Positions 12,090-27,000 of a DNA stretch of 64,000 nucleotides are shown here, one piece after another. The DNA lies in NCBI RefSeq assembly GCF_902652985.1, contig NC_047027.1:32364001-32428000 (forward strand). The letters are read 5' to 3'. The position numbers were made by a program, and so were the translations under genes. The notes beneath the pieces were generated by a model. It was not told the DNA's origin, searched no databases, and saw only the letters and a program-made list of their open reading frames with translations. The DNA comes from Pecten maximus (Eukaryota). How positions within the stretch are numbered: position 1 is the first letter of the stretch; every line of letters starts with the position of its first letter.

Positions 12090-15000
12090 CTATTGTTTAA
12101 GTCTTAGGATAAAACCTCCAAGTGCTAACAAGCCGAATCCCCAGCCGAGAGTCACAAGGTATCCACGCCAGACAGCCAAATTTGTCAAGGTCCACCCTAT
12201 AAACAACACAAACGCCGTTATGAGCCTTTACCAGTATATGAATGAAATATAAATCCAATGGGAAATGTAAAAGAGATCGGTTGTATGGGAATGGACTAAA
12301 AAGTATGATATTTTAAATGCTGGAATAAGCGGTATTGCAAATATGTGACATAAGCATATAACAGATACCTATATAACCATCATATGTCTCTGGTATACAC
12401 GGGAAAATATTTCCTCAGGTATTAAATTTGGTATAAATGTTTCGCTGTGTATGAAAATTTTATTTCTAAAATAAACTGATGTATTTAAACTTTTAATATC
12501 TTTGAGTGTCACGTATACATCTTATATACATACCTCGACTAAGTATGGCACGCATGGCATCGCCTCCGTAGGTCATTGGAAGACATATACTGATGTATCG
12601 CAGCCATTGAGGCATGGCTTCCACAGGCCAGATAATACCTATAGATCGGTAAATGTCTCAGTAAATTCATTCATCACAACCTACCTAGCAATGGTGTAAT
12701 ATCATACTTACATAAAACATCACCATGCCTAGCTACGATTCACATAATTACACTTTCACATCTGAGGTCGTCACACTTTGTAACCAAATATACAATACAT
12801 ACATTGTTTGTCCATATACAAGGTTATCAAGCCTTGCCATCAGTTCCTAACTGGAATGTTGGTTTGGTTTTTTATTTCAATTTATTCTATCAATATTTTT
12901 AGATTTTCAATTCTTCGCAGTATTCCGGATGTTACAGATGTTTAGAGCAACGAGTTACCACTTATTATTAACAACATGTATTTCTCGTTATTAACGTGGG
13001 GTTAACCAACCCCATGGCCGACTGTGTTAGTAATTATTTCTCGTTAACAACGCAGGGTTAACCAACCCCATGGCCGACTGTGTCAGTATTTATTTCTCGC
13101 TAACATTAGGTTCACCAACCCTATAGCCGACTGTGTAAGTATTTATTTCTCGCTACCATCAGGTCCACCAACCCCATGGCCGACTGTGTCAGTATTTATT
13201 TCTCGTTAACATTAGGTTCACCAACCCCATGACCGACTGTGTCAGTATCTAACTCTCGTCAACAACATGGGATTAACTAATCCCATGGCCGACTGTGTCA
13301 GTATTTATTTCTCGTTAACATTAGGTTCACCAACCCCATGGCCGACTGTGTCAGTATCTAACTTTCGTCAACAACATGGCATCAACTAACCCCATGGCCG
13401 ACTGTGTCAGTATTTAATTCTCGCTAACATCAGGTTCACCAACCCGATGGCCGACTGTGTCAGTATTTATTTCTCGCTAATATCAGGTTCACCAACCCGA
13501 TGGCCGACTGTGTCAGTATTTATTTCTCGTTAATATCAGGTCCACCGACCCGAAGGCCGACTGTGTCAGTATCCACCTCTCGTTAACACATGGGATTTAC
13601 CAAACCCATGGCCGACTGTGTCGTTATTTACCTCTCGTCAACAATAAGGGGCTCACCACCCCATGACCGACTACGTCAGTATCTACCTCTCGTTAACAAA
13701 ATGGGGTACATCGAACCCATAGCCGGCTGTGTCTGTACTTACCACTCATTAACAACATGGGGTACACCGATCCCAGGGCTAGCTGTATGGCAGAACTTTC
13801 CTCCTCACACAACACCGAAATTATTATGCCTACAGTACAGAGAGTTATTTAATTTCTTCACATTCTATAAAAGTTTCAAAAATACATATGTAGCATATTA
13901 TTACATTTTATCTTCAAAACTACAGAACTATCATAGATAAAAATATCACTACAACTCAGAGGGTGAGTTCGCCATCTGGAATCATGATTGTAATAAACCG
14001 ATATTTTAATAAAAGATATTGCAATATTCAAAGGTCAAATATACATCGTTTCAATTTGTTTTGCACTGTAATAAGCATTGGAATCATCATTATTATGAAA
14101 TATGTTTGATTCCGGGAAATGATAGTAAACCCACACATTAACCCACACATTAACCCAGAAAGCAAAATATTAGAACCCTAGCACAACCACGTTCAAAAGA
14201 GCTTGCGGATGCATTTCACACAAGCACGAAATTTGTCTAAACCCAGTTTATTTGCAAAATAGACTTTTACCTAAAAATTAAATAAAAAAATCTTTTGACA
14301 CCGGATAGCAACAGTTAACCCAAACAACTCCAAAACTAAATATTATAACCTTACAGCAATTATAAAGAGTTTCACGACGCCTTCCAACGCTTTCACCAAA
14401 ACCCTAACGTCTAGTAACCAACGCTAGCGTCTATACGCCGACGTAACAACTCAAGCTCACCCTGTCTTGCCTAAAATAATGTCCATATATATTTCTAGAA
14501 AAAAAGCAACTGTGTATATATTAAGAGACTAATGTATGATAAACCTACCTAGGGTCATGCCGCAGAAACCCTGTAACAACACCAGTATGATGACCCAGAT
14601 TAGAGGGCCCTTGTACGGCACCTGAAATGTTTGTTTAAAAAAGCATATTTGATGAAGTCTATTACTTTATTTTCAAAAGATATTATCTACCATAACAAAA
14701 TGCAGATACGGAGAAATGGTTATTACCTCCAAAACATTCATTTGTCGTCTTTAAAAATAACTTATTGAAGAGGAATTTTGGCATCCTTTACGTCCCTCTT
14801 TTGATCTCTATTTGTTCTCAGTTTTATCGTTTCTGTATTTGCTTAACTTTCATTTAACTATTTGTTATATCGACACTTTCTATAGAAACCAGTACAACTT
14901 GTTCTTGTCTGTTAAGTTAAAATGTGTAAAATCCTTTATTATTCAATTTAGTTTTTGAAACAAAAACCATGAAAAATAATGAATCATCTAATAACATGTT

Positions 15001-18000
15001 TTAAAAGTTTGTTTCGGAAGATTTTGATTTTAATTAAGAAGAGTTATTTTGGTGTGACATACATGAAAAACCAGCAGAGCAAACATGAGGAGGAGGCCAA
15101 CTTGTACCATCATTACCAACAGTTGTGTCCACACGTGGGCCAGCATAATCTCAAACGGAGTCATTCCTGTCCACGAGAACAATAGAAAACATTTGGAATA
15201 AGAACAACAGAAAATAACGACTTCATAGTAAAGAAAACATAATTTTGTAAATCAAACTCGACATCGATAACAAGACGCAAGCTATGAACAAAACATATAT
15301 CTATTTGCATGGCGACCCTTGAAAAGTACAAAATGTTAAGACCAGTGGTTTTGGAAGGAAGGCGTCTTCGTTTTCATTGACGACACTCGCCGTGAAAATC
15401 AAAGTAAAATCCGTATTATGTATAATGATCAAAATGTCAACTACAGAAAGTGGCATAGGAGCCATTCGGCATATGAACAAGCATCATACACGTTTAATTT
15501 CACATCGAAAAGGAAACAGAATATTTCCAATAAGATCATGAAGTCGACCACTAACTGTCCCGTGGTTGCCATCAACATGTACCATTGTAACATAGTGTTG
15601 TCCATAGTCAAAATTTGTAACGGGAGTCATGATAATGGGCACACAGCCTAGAATATTGAATTGACCTGGTAATGTAAACAAGAGTAAAAGAATATCTGAG
15701 TACCTGAAACAATACAGTTCTTAGTAAAATATTATCCGAGTACCTGAGACAATACTCCTTTCCAGCAGGCCCTCTTTCTTTTCAACCACAAAGGCCAGGG
15801 TCGTCAAGCCCGTGGCCATGAAAAATGTGATACTGAAATCACAAAAACGAAACAATCACGAAACATTTACTATATAAACATTTATGTTATGTGTCACGTG
15901 ATAAAGGTACCACAGTGATGATTTTACCAGAGGAAGTATAACAATGTTTACATTTGTCCTGCACTATGTAACTTAGAATGTTTCGTTTCAGGTTAGATCA
16001 CTAGGAAATGAATTCGAACCTGAAATCAAAGAAATGTATAGAAACAATGCAAGTCACACTTGACTCTTCTGCGGACAGGAAACTATAGAAAATGTAATGA
16101 TGGTATTTATGGCCCTTAAAATTATTATCTTGCGTCACATTTTGAACGGAATTGAAAACACCGATAGGGAAATGAATAAGCAAGTGTTTGTTAACCAAGT
16201 GCTGTTAACAAAGTAATAAGCTTTTATCAATCATTATTGCCATATATAGGACTTCATGAATGTCGCAGTAACCAGTATCATTTCAATGACAATTGAATGA
16301 AGTAAAATTGTCGCCACTCAACATGAAATATATACAGAAATCGCCACACAGCATGCCATTTATACAGAAATTGCCACACAACATGACATATCTAGAGAAA
16401 TTGTCACCCCCATAACATATCTACAGAGAGACCACTGGTACCATTCGAAAATGCGCATACACCTGCAGTAGGGTCTCATAGATCCGCGCATTATGCAACA
16501 TATTATGTTACAGCTGTTTATAAAAGTCCATTAAATAACCAGACGCATGTTTTCCATGACGTTCTCATTATTGAGTTTCAAATCAACAGCCTCGCATCTA
16601 AAGTATTATGTAACAAACAACACCATTTTTTTTATTAATGATAATTATCCGAAAGTGATTTCATTGCAGTTTAAATATTTTGAGGATAGGTTTTCCACGA
16701 TAGATACACGTGAAAAGCTTCTGTATCTTGAAAGGCAGCTCATGATATGGGCTGATCTGCCAATTCAACATTGTAAAAGGCTTTTGCAGATATATTTCTG
16801 TTTACTTCATTACTGGAAACAAAACTATGTGAATCATGTTACTTTCTATAATGAAGTGGGCGTACATGTATATATTGCCTATAATACAATTGAATGATTC
16901 AGTAAACAGCAAAATAATTTAGCTGAGGAAGGACATTTTACCTCAGAATGATGCCAGGTGCCATAAAGTTTGTGAAGCTGGGGTCTAGGGTGCCATATAT
17001 TGGTTTTTCCAGCTGAAAGAGCAATTAACAGGATCAGGTACATCCTCTGAAATATGATTATTTTTGTAAAAAAAACAACAACAATACATATATTTGTAAA
17101 GCCATTATACCCTCCGACCAGGGAGATATTAACGCGATACTAACATGAGGAGACCTCAATCAAAGATCACTGTTTATAGGCCTAAATTGCCAAATTTAGC
17201 AAAAGGACACATTTTTTTTAATCTGAAAAGCATATCAAATAACAGGTACATGCGAGACTAATTATGTTGAGTTTGTGCCACAAATGTTAACCCAATATAT
17301 GTATATTGTATTTTCATTTTTTTTTTGTTCAATTTTCTTTATCATAATGTAATATTGATATTATTTAGCTTCTGAAAAAAATCACATTATCATTGTATCA
17401 TTATTAATGAGTGTATGACAGACTCCCCAACACGACGTAAGAGTACTTATCGGGGACTCAACCACTTTTGTTTTTTTAGCGAAATATAACTTAAATTACC
17501 AATACAAACGACCGTGGTAAACATAAAGATATGTTTAAATATACAGTTTCATTTTGTTAACTTCAAAAGTGTTTGGCCTGCACAGCGCAAGCATAATTTT
17601 TTCTGGTAATTTCATTACAGTGCAAATAACTGGTAGCAAAACATATAGAAATTACAAAAATTGGTCGTAGAAAATCACAACTAGTTGACAAGACTGATGC
17701 CCATTACAATGTTTTTGAAATTAATTGAATGCTTCGGCCTAATTTGTAAAACATTAAATAATTATTTTGGCAAGAAGAAATCTGCCACTACTATTTTTTT
17801 GGGAAATAAAAAAAAATAAAAAAATCTGCCACTAATGTTAAAATGTTGAGAACATGAGAGAAAAAAACACTGTTTTTACCTTAACAGGCAGCTGCGCTAT
17901 ATCAGGGTTCTGGCCTAACGTGGTCAATAATAATCGGGAAAACTTCTCGAACGCTAGGGAAACCTTCTCCTGGAGACTCACTGCTATTTGCTGATCTAAA

Positions 18001-21000
18001 ATGGAGGGATGGTGATTGATGTAACACAAATCACTGTAATATACGGTCAAGTTTTTATTCAACATTTTCTGAAATGATCTGTAAATTTTATTGAAATAAA
18101 GACTATTACACATTTTCTTAAATGATCTGTTAAATTGACTGGAATGAAGACTAATCAACATTTTCTGAAACGATCTGTAATTTTGATCAAAATGAAGACT
18201 ACTTTGTATTCAACATTTTCTGAAATGATCTGTAAAATTGATTGAAATAAAGACGATTCAACCTTTTCTGAAATGATCTGTAAATTTGATCAAAATGAAG
18301 ACGATACTATAAGATTAATACTCACTAGTCATATCTAGGTACAGTTTGACTGTTCCCCCGTCCAGTGTGGCGTTACTCACGGACGAACTATGACTGAACC
18401 TGTAAGTAAATATTTTCTTATAAAAAAGATAAACTGTTTCTAATATCTGACCATTACGGTTGAACATTAAGGACAAGAACCATAAACCATTTCCTATAAT
18501 ACCAGTTGTCTCAAGCCATAGATATCATTTCCCTAGTGTTTGACTAACCATCTCATCAGTGCAAATAAAACAGTTATACTTTTCTAACAATTTTTCTATC
18601 GATATATATCCTGATTCTTCATCGAGATTAGTAAAGGAAAAACTAAAAGGAGACTCATTTCTAAATAAAACCGGACATGCTTAAGGTTTAGTGAGACAAA
18701 TTTAAATGAATCCTCAGTTCCAAGTACTCATCCTTACCGTGTGATAAGGTCTTGAGTGAAGTTTTCTCCTATGGTCATCAGGCCCCAGGCTTCACCTTTC
18801 TCCACACAATCTCGAGCCGACTTCAAGTCACTGAACATCACCTGTGTACATTCGGTAAACAGACAATCGAAGGAACAGAAGTTGGCTTTTATAAAACAAC
18901 CCTTGGAATTCTATGAAATAACTAAGTTGAAGAATTGAAGCAAAAGGAAATGTATCCTCGTATGAATTTTCAAATGCAACAACAAAAAATATCGTGATGC
19001 CCTCAATTACGAGATCAGTGACTCAGCCCGGGCCTACATCTGTAAATATGTTCAAGTAACAAACATAATGCACGTTGTTTTCGTGTGGGAAACTCCTGGA
19101 AGGTTTTCAAACAAAACTTATCAATAGAAATACATAAATTGGAGGATTTCATTTGCAGGGATAAAAAACTTGATTTGGTAGCCTACATTATTGTACATAA
19201 GATTAATGAATTTGTTTTATATAGCAAGCAAAAACTTTAAGTACTGACATATTTTTTATCTATTTTTTTTCTTTCACATCTTATTGCCGATGAATTCATG
19301 ACACAGCAAATACTCTAAACACTAGTACAAACATTATGTAGTCTGTATCAAGTGAAAAGTTATACATCAAACCAATCAACTATACTGATTAATGCTAAAG
19401 CAAAATATATACCCTGCCTGCCCCTCATTAAGATACAATGAGGTAACAGTGATGTTAACGATCTTGTATCATTGTGTGAAGTTTGATCAAAATCCCTCAA
19501 GGAATGAAGCTGCTAGAATTTTGCGAAGCTGTGTCGGTACATGCTCACAAAACAGCTTGGCAGGAACAATGTATGAAATTGTGACCTCGGTTTCCCCAAT
19601 ATGGGACTAACAATAGCTTTGTGAGCGGAGGCTCACATAGACATATACTATCAAAAACAAATTTAAAAAAAAGTGTATTTTCGATAGTTATCATTTTACA
19701 TGATTTTTGATGATGTATTTATGGTGTGGGTTTCTCGGTTAATTCACAATTAATTAATATATTTTGATGATTTTTGTTGACGGTGTTTGCGTGAATACCG
19801 TTAAAACAAGGGCACCCTATACGGTTTCCCGATTCAAATCAGTAGCGTGTGGGCCCATCCCTAGCTTCAGTCGCTGCTACTACTCTCCTCAACATTCGAC
19901 CCATCAAGGTGTTTTTTGCCTTTGAGGGATATTAATCCACTCCCAAATAAGGGCCTGTGTGGGTGTAGCGATGTTTCATGGGATGTCAACGCGCTTCCTA
20001 AACCTGCATTCTGCTGTACACTCGCTTCGGAATATTGTGTAACTGATCTGTATTGTTCCAATGTTCGATTTGTAATGATTTACCAGCACATATGGTGCAA
20101 GAGTACCCTGAATGCATGCTTTCTTTAAAAAATTGTTGAAAACATACAGCATCAAGCAGAGTCATGGCCGACTAAATTTTAACCGAAGAACATTTTCACA
20201 GTGCACGGTGGTAGCTCTCTGTGAAATTCAATTGAGATTAGACGACATCTCTATATTTACCGCTAGTATATTACCCCAACCTCATCATCAAATAATTCTG
20301 TTCCGGGGTTAAGGAGATAGTATGTACGCCAGCTTTGTTTTCAAACTAACAATTGGCATTGAGCGAAGCAATTTATGATGGCATTATACCCGGTTTGTTT
20401 TGTGATAAAACTCCATAACATCAAATAAATAACTTCTGGTTCATCTTAAATTAAATCTGATTTGTATTGAAAACTTACCTTATCAATGGTGTTATTGTCG
20501 AGAGATTGTATAAATAGGTTGCTCAATCCTGTTGTCTCGTTGTTAAAGATGGCCACTTTGAGGTTGTAAGGATCTCCTCCGATACATAAACAGAACAGGA
20601 TGATCTGGATGGACGGAAGTATGAACTCGAACAGGAGAAAGCTGTAACACAAGAATTGGTTAGGAAACCAAATATTAAAACAAGTGCAATCAATGATTGC
20701 GAAAGCTCACCGGCGGCAGCAATCACACTATGCATTCATTTTTTATGTATGTATAAGCATGTCCCTTTGAAATTGTGTGTCACATAATATCGCTCCTAGA
20801 CCTCTAATGGATGTATAAACCAAATAAGAAGGGTGTGGACTTACAAGCTTTTCAAAACTAACCCCCAAAATCTTTAAAGTAAGTTTTTGTGTCAAAAAAA
20901 GTAAGTCCACTAAATAGTAAATGCCAGAATGCCATTCTTTTCTGCATGATTTGCCACAGCATCACTCCTGGATCTCTAATGAATGTATAAACCAATTTAG

Positions 21001-24000
21001 AAGGGTGATAGGTGTATACTTTGGACTTAACCCCAAAACTTTAAAGTGAGTTTTGGTGAAAAAAAGTTCACAAAATGGTAAAATGCAAAAAAATCACATT
21101 TTTTTTCTGCATGATTTTGCCATACCATCACTTCTAGACCCCTCATGAATGTATAAACCAATTTAGAAGGGCATGAGGTGTATACTTTTGGACTTACAAG
21201 CTTTCAAAAAACTTACTCCAAAAACTTTGAAGTGGGTTTTCGTGCCAAAAAAGTTAAGTCCAAAAAAATGGTAAAATGCGAAAAAATCACATTTTTTTTC
21301 TGCATGATTTTGCCATAACATCACTTCTAGACCTCTAATGAATGCATAAATAAACCAACTTAGAAGGGCCTCAGGTGTATACTTTTGGACTTACAAGCTT
21401 TCAAAAAACTTACTCCAAAAACTTTAAAGTGGGTTTTGGTGCCAAAAAAAGTTAAGTCCACTAAATGGTAAAATGCGAAAAAGTCACATTTTTTTTCTGC
21501 ATAATTTTGTCATAACATCACTCCTAGACCTCTAATGAATGCATAAACCAACTTAGAAGGGCCTGAGGTGTATACTTTTGGACTTTCCAAAAACTTACTC
21601 CAAAAACTTTAAAGTTTTGGGGTGGGACGCTGACGCCGACGCGGACACCGGGGTGACAGCATTAGTAACCGGTGAGCTGATAATCAACACAACATACTGG
21701 GTGTGGTCAGGGACCAAATATTAATACAATTAATACAACATACAGGGGGTGGTCAGGGACCAAATATTGATACAATTAACACAACTTACTGGGGGTGGTC
21801 AAGGACCAAATATTAATACAATTAACACAACATACTGGGGGTGGTCAGGGACCAAATATTAATACAATTAACACAACATACTGGGTGTGGTCAGGGACCA
21901 AATATTAATACAATTAACACAACATACTGGGTGTGGTCAGGGACCAAATATTAATACAATTAACACAACATACTGGGTGTGGTCAGGGACCAAATATTAA
22001 TACAATTAACACAACATACAGGGGGTGGTCAGGGACCAAATATTGATACAATTAACACAACTTACTGGGGGTGGTCAAGGACCAAATATTAATACAATTA
22101 ACACAACATACTGGGGGTGGTCAGGGACCAAATATTAATACAATTAACACAACATACTGGGTGTGGTCAGGGACCAAATATTAATACAATTAACACAACA
22201 TACTGGGTGTGGTCAGGGACCAAATATTAATACAATTAACACAACATACTGGGGGTGGTCAGGGACTAAATATTAATACAATTAACACAACATACTTGGT
22301 GTGGTCAGGGACCAAATATTAATACAATTAACACAACATACTGGGGGTGGTCAGGGACCAAATATTAATACAATTAACACAACATACTGGGGGCGGTCAG
22401 GGACCAAATATTAATACAATTAACACAACATACAGGGGGTGGTCAGGGACAAAATATTAATACAATTAACACAACATACTGGGGGTGGTCAGGGACCAAA
22501 TATTAACACAATTAACACAACATACTGGGGGTGATCAGGGACTAAATATTAATACAATTAACACAACATACTGGGGGTGGTCAGGGACCAAATATTAATA
22601 CAATTAACACAACATACAGGGGGTGGTCAGGGACAAAATATTAATACAATTAACACGGCATACTGGGGGTGGTCAGGGACTAAATATCAATACAATTAAC
22701 ACAACATACCGGGGGTGGTCAGGGACCAAATATTAACACAATTAACACAACATACTGGGGGTGGTCAGGGACCAAATATTAATACAATTAACACAACATA
22801 CTGGGGGTGGTCAGGGACCAAATATTAATACAATTACCACAACATACTGGGGGTGGTCAGGGACCAAATATTGATACAATTAACACAACATACTGGGGGT
22901 GATCAGGGACCAAATATTAATACAATTAACACAACATACTGGGGGTGGTCAGGGACCAAATATTGATACAATTACCACAACATACTGGGGGTGGTCAGGG
23001 ACCAAATATTAATACAATTAACACAACATACTGGGGGTGGTCAGGGACCAAATATTGATACAATTACCACAACATACTGGGGGTGGTCAGGGACCAAATA
23101 TTAACACAATTAACACAACATACTGGGGGTGGTCAGGGACCAAATATTAATACAATTAACACAACATACTGGGGGCGGTCAGGGACCAAATATTAACACA
23201 ATTAACACAACATACTGGGGGTGGTCAGGGACCAAATATTGATACAATTACCACAACATACTGGGGGTGGTCAGGGACCAAATATTAACACAATTAACAC
23301 AACATACTGGGGGCGGTCAGGGACCAAATATTAACACAATTAACACAACATACTGGGGGTGGTCAGGGACAAAATATTAATACAATTAACACAACATACT
23401 GGGGGCGGTCAGGGACCAAATATTAACACAATTAACACAACATACTGGGGATGATCGGGGACCAAATATTAACACAATTAACACAACATACAGGAGCTGG
23501 TCAGGGACCAAATATTAATACAATTAACACGGCATACTGGGGGTGGTCAGGGACCAAATATTAATACAATTAACACAAAATACAGGAGCTGGTCAGGGAC
23601 CAAATATTAATACAATTAACACAACATACTGGGGGCGGTCAGGGACCAAATATTAATACAATTAACACAAAATACAGGAGCTGGTCAGGGACCAAATATT
23701 AATATAATTAACACAACATACTGGGGGCGGTCAGGGACCAGATATTAATACAATTAACACAACAAACAGGAGGTGGTCAGGGACCAAATATTAATACAAT
23801 TAACACGGCATACTGGGGGTGGTCAGGGACCAAATATTAATACAATTAACACGGCATACTGGGGGTGGTCAGGGACCAAATATTAATACAATTAACACAA
23901 CATACTGGGGGTGGTCAGGGACTAAATATTAATACAATTAACACGGCATACTGGGGGTGGTCAGGGACTAAATATCAATACAATTAATACAACATACTGG

Positions 24001-27000
24001 AGCTGGTCAAGGACCAAATATTAATACAATTACCACGGCATACTGGGGGTGGTCAGGGACCAAATATTAATACAATTAACACAACATACTGGGGGTGGTC
24101 AGGGACCAAATATTAATACAATTAACACGGCATACTGGGGGTGGTCAGGGACCAAATATTAATACAATTAACACAACATACTGGGGGTGGTCAGGGACCA
24201 AATATTAATACAATTACCACAACATACAGGGGGTGATCAGGGACCAAATATTAATACAATTAACACAACATACTGGGGGTGGTCAGGGACCAAATATCAA
24301 TACAATTAACACAACATACCGGGGGTGGTCAGGGACCAAATATTAACACAATTAACACAACATACAGGAGCTGGTCAGGGACTAAATATTAATACAATTA
24401 ACACGGCATACTGGGGGTGGTCAGGGACTAAATATCAATACAATTAACACAACATACTGGGGGTGGTCAGGGACTAAATATCAATACAATTAACACAACA
24501 TACTGGGGGTGGTCAGGACCCCAAATATTAATACAATTAACACAACATACAGGTGGTGGTCAGGGGCCAAATATTAATACAATTAACACAACATACCGGA
24601 GCTGGTCAGGAAACTTAATATTAATACAATTAACACATTATACAGGAAGGGATTTTCAAACTAACTGTTAGATCATGATCAACACAATATACAACTATAT
24701 GTCAATTGTGCAGCCTTTGTCTGTACTGCAGTGTTTCTTGGATGCAAAGACACAGAAAAAAGTAAATGCCAAATTGGAAAATCTTGAAGATATAAACATT
24801 AGAATTCTTCACATTTTTTTCAATGTTTCCTCCAAAACAGTATTGACATCTGAGAACATGACAGAAAGGTCTGAGAATGTGTCAAAAACAGAACCATAAT
24901 CTTCTAAATAAGATTCAACAACAAATAGTCATGTAAACTTACCCTATATTCCGCTTCATCAGTGTTAGGTTCTTCAGAAACTGAGCGACTATGTTTTTAC
25001 CACTAGGAAGTCCACAGTTACATCTGGATGACTGACTGTCTATAATCTGTTCATCTGTTAACAATACAGAGCTTCATCTTTCATTTCAAATTCATTATCA
25101 AGTCACCCATTTACAGGATGTGTCCCTTTACAAACAACAAGGATATATTCCTTTACAAACAACAAGGATATATTCCTCTACAAACAACAAGGATATACAG
25201 TGGAACTTTCGTTAACTCGAAGTCGACGGGACCACGAAAAAACTTCGAGTTATCCGAGTGTTCGAATTAAGCGAGTTATCGCTTTTGGTGAAAAGTTTGG
25301 TCAATATTTGTCAACATTATATAATCATTATAACTTTGCTCTGTCGCTCATCAGTTTAGTGTGAAGACTGGTCAATACATGTAAATATATATGTAATGTT
25401 TCGTTATGTCACTTGTAATTTGGTGTAGTTTTGCCGATATACAGTCACGATAAATTTTCTTTCACTTAGTCACTTCAATAACGATCTGATGTGCAAGTCA
25501 TGTTTGCAAAAGGTAAACGATAAAACGGAATTCGACAAAATAACAAGTTATTAATGTCAAAACAAATAACCGTTTAAGTTTAACACAGATTGCATACAAA
25601 ACGTAACAGAACCATTACCTTTTATTGGACATATATAAAATACTGTTTGATCGGCCTACTTACTTTTTATTGATAACCACGCCATTTCCATGTGTATTAG
25701 CACCGGAAGTTGGACTGCGCATGTGCGTATAAAATGTTACTGTAACTGAGTTGGCGTTTTATCCGATTTAATAGACAGCACTGACCGTTACAAAAGTTGT
25801 ACTCTGAACACCTCGGCAGTAATTACGCTATTGTTTCAGCAGTTTTAAAGATTTAATAGGCGCCGGTGACTGTGTCATTTCTACACCTGTAAAAACATCA
25901 GCCGGGTAGATCTACCGGTGTGTCAGAGATTAGTTCCGCTTGAGCGAACGGGTAGATGAGTTGTTGACTATCGTGTGTACTGATATCGGCGACCGCCTTG
26001 GGAAATTACCTGATGTAAGTAAAGCAGTACTTTTTATCACCAAGACTTGTTGTTATAAGATTCAACCGACAATTTCTTTTATGGATTTATGAAACACTTA
26101 TAATAGCATGTAGGTTAGTAGTGCCGATATGTTCAGTATTACAAACAGAATTAAGCTCTTAAAAAATGTCGGCGTTTGCCACCGATCGACGAAAATTATA
26201 CTTTTCAAGTAGGATTTTTATTGTTGGGACCAAATTTTTACTTCGTATTATCCGAGTTTTTCGAGTTATCCGAATTCGAATTTTCCGAGTTTTTTTTTAC
26301 TAAGATAAAGAGAGAATTCGGCCGGGACCGGCGAGGTACTTCGAGTTAAGCGGGGTATTCGAGTTATCCGAGTTCGAGTTAACGAAGTTCCAATGTATTC
26401 CTTTACAAACAACAAGGATATTCTGGTGATTATTCTGGTGACAACATGTACTGATTTTAATGGGGACCATTACAGATGTCCCCCAAACTCCCCAACATTT
26501 TTACCACTATGTTCAGCATCCCTCACAACCCATTTATAAATTGTTAAATCAATCCATAGCAATTGACATAATTTTCGCCTTAATCAGACGATATCTTAAT
26601 TTCGACCAATCAAGAGTCCTCCATTATTAGGTATCCGTACAAACACCTATGAACCAATTGTTATTGAAATTGAAGATTGAAAACCAAAACCAGAATTGGG
26701 CTCTGGCTGTCGGCCAGAAGTCTGTAGGAAGAGGACTTCAGAAATCTATTTTAAGTAACAGTGACCTAGATTTGACCCAGGTGGTTAAGACATGACATAA
26801 TGTACAAAAGATATGTGTAATAAGCTACAATTAGATAATTTATAACGTTGGTAGCATACAAGGACACTGCTTGGCTACATATCCTTTTACCAACTTGTTA
26901 TAATGGGAAAATAAAAATATCACTGTTTCTATATGAAACAATCTCATGAAATCTGCTTAGTAAAAGACTATACTTAACTCAAAGTAAAATAATATATATA

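Noticed and set aside
12959-12980. Apparent exon end MLLIISG|gtaact as the true ABC exon
   Set aside because: An upstream in-frame stop and no acceptor; the real exon is 13743-13829 and this is a repeat-derived copy.
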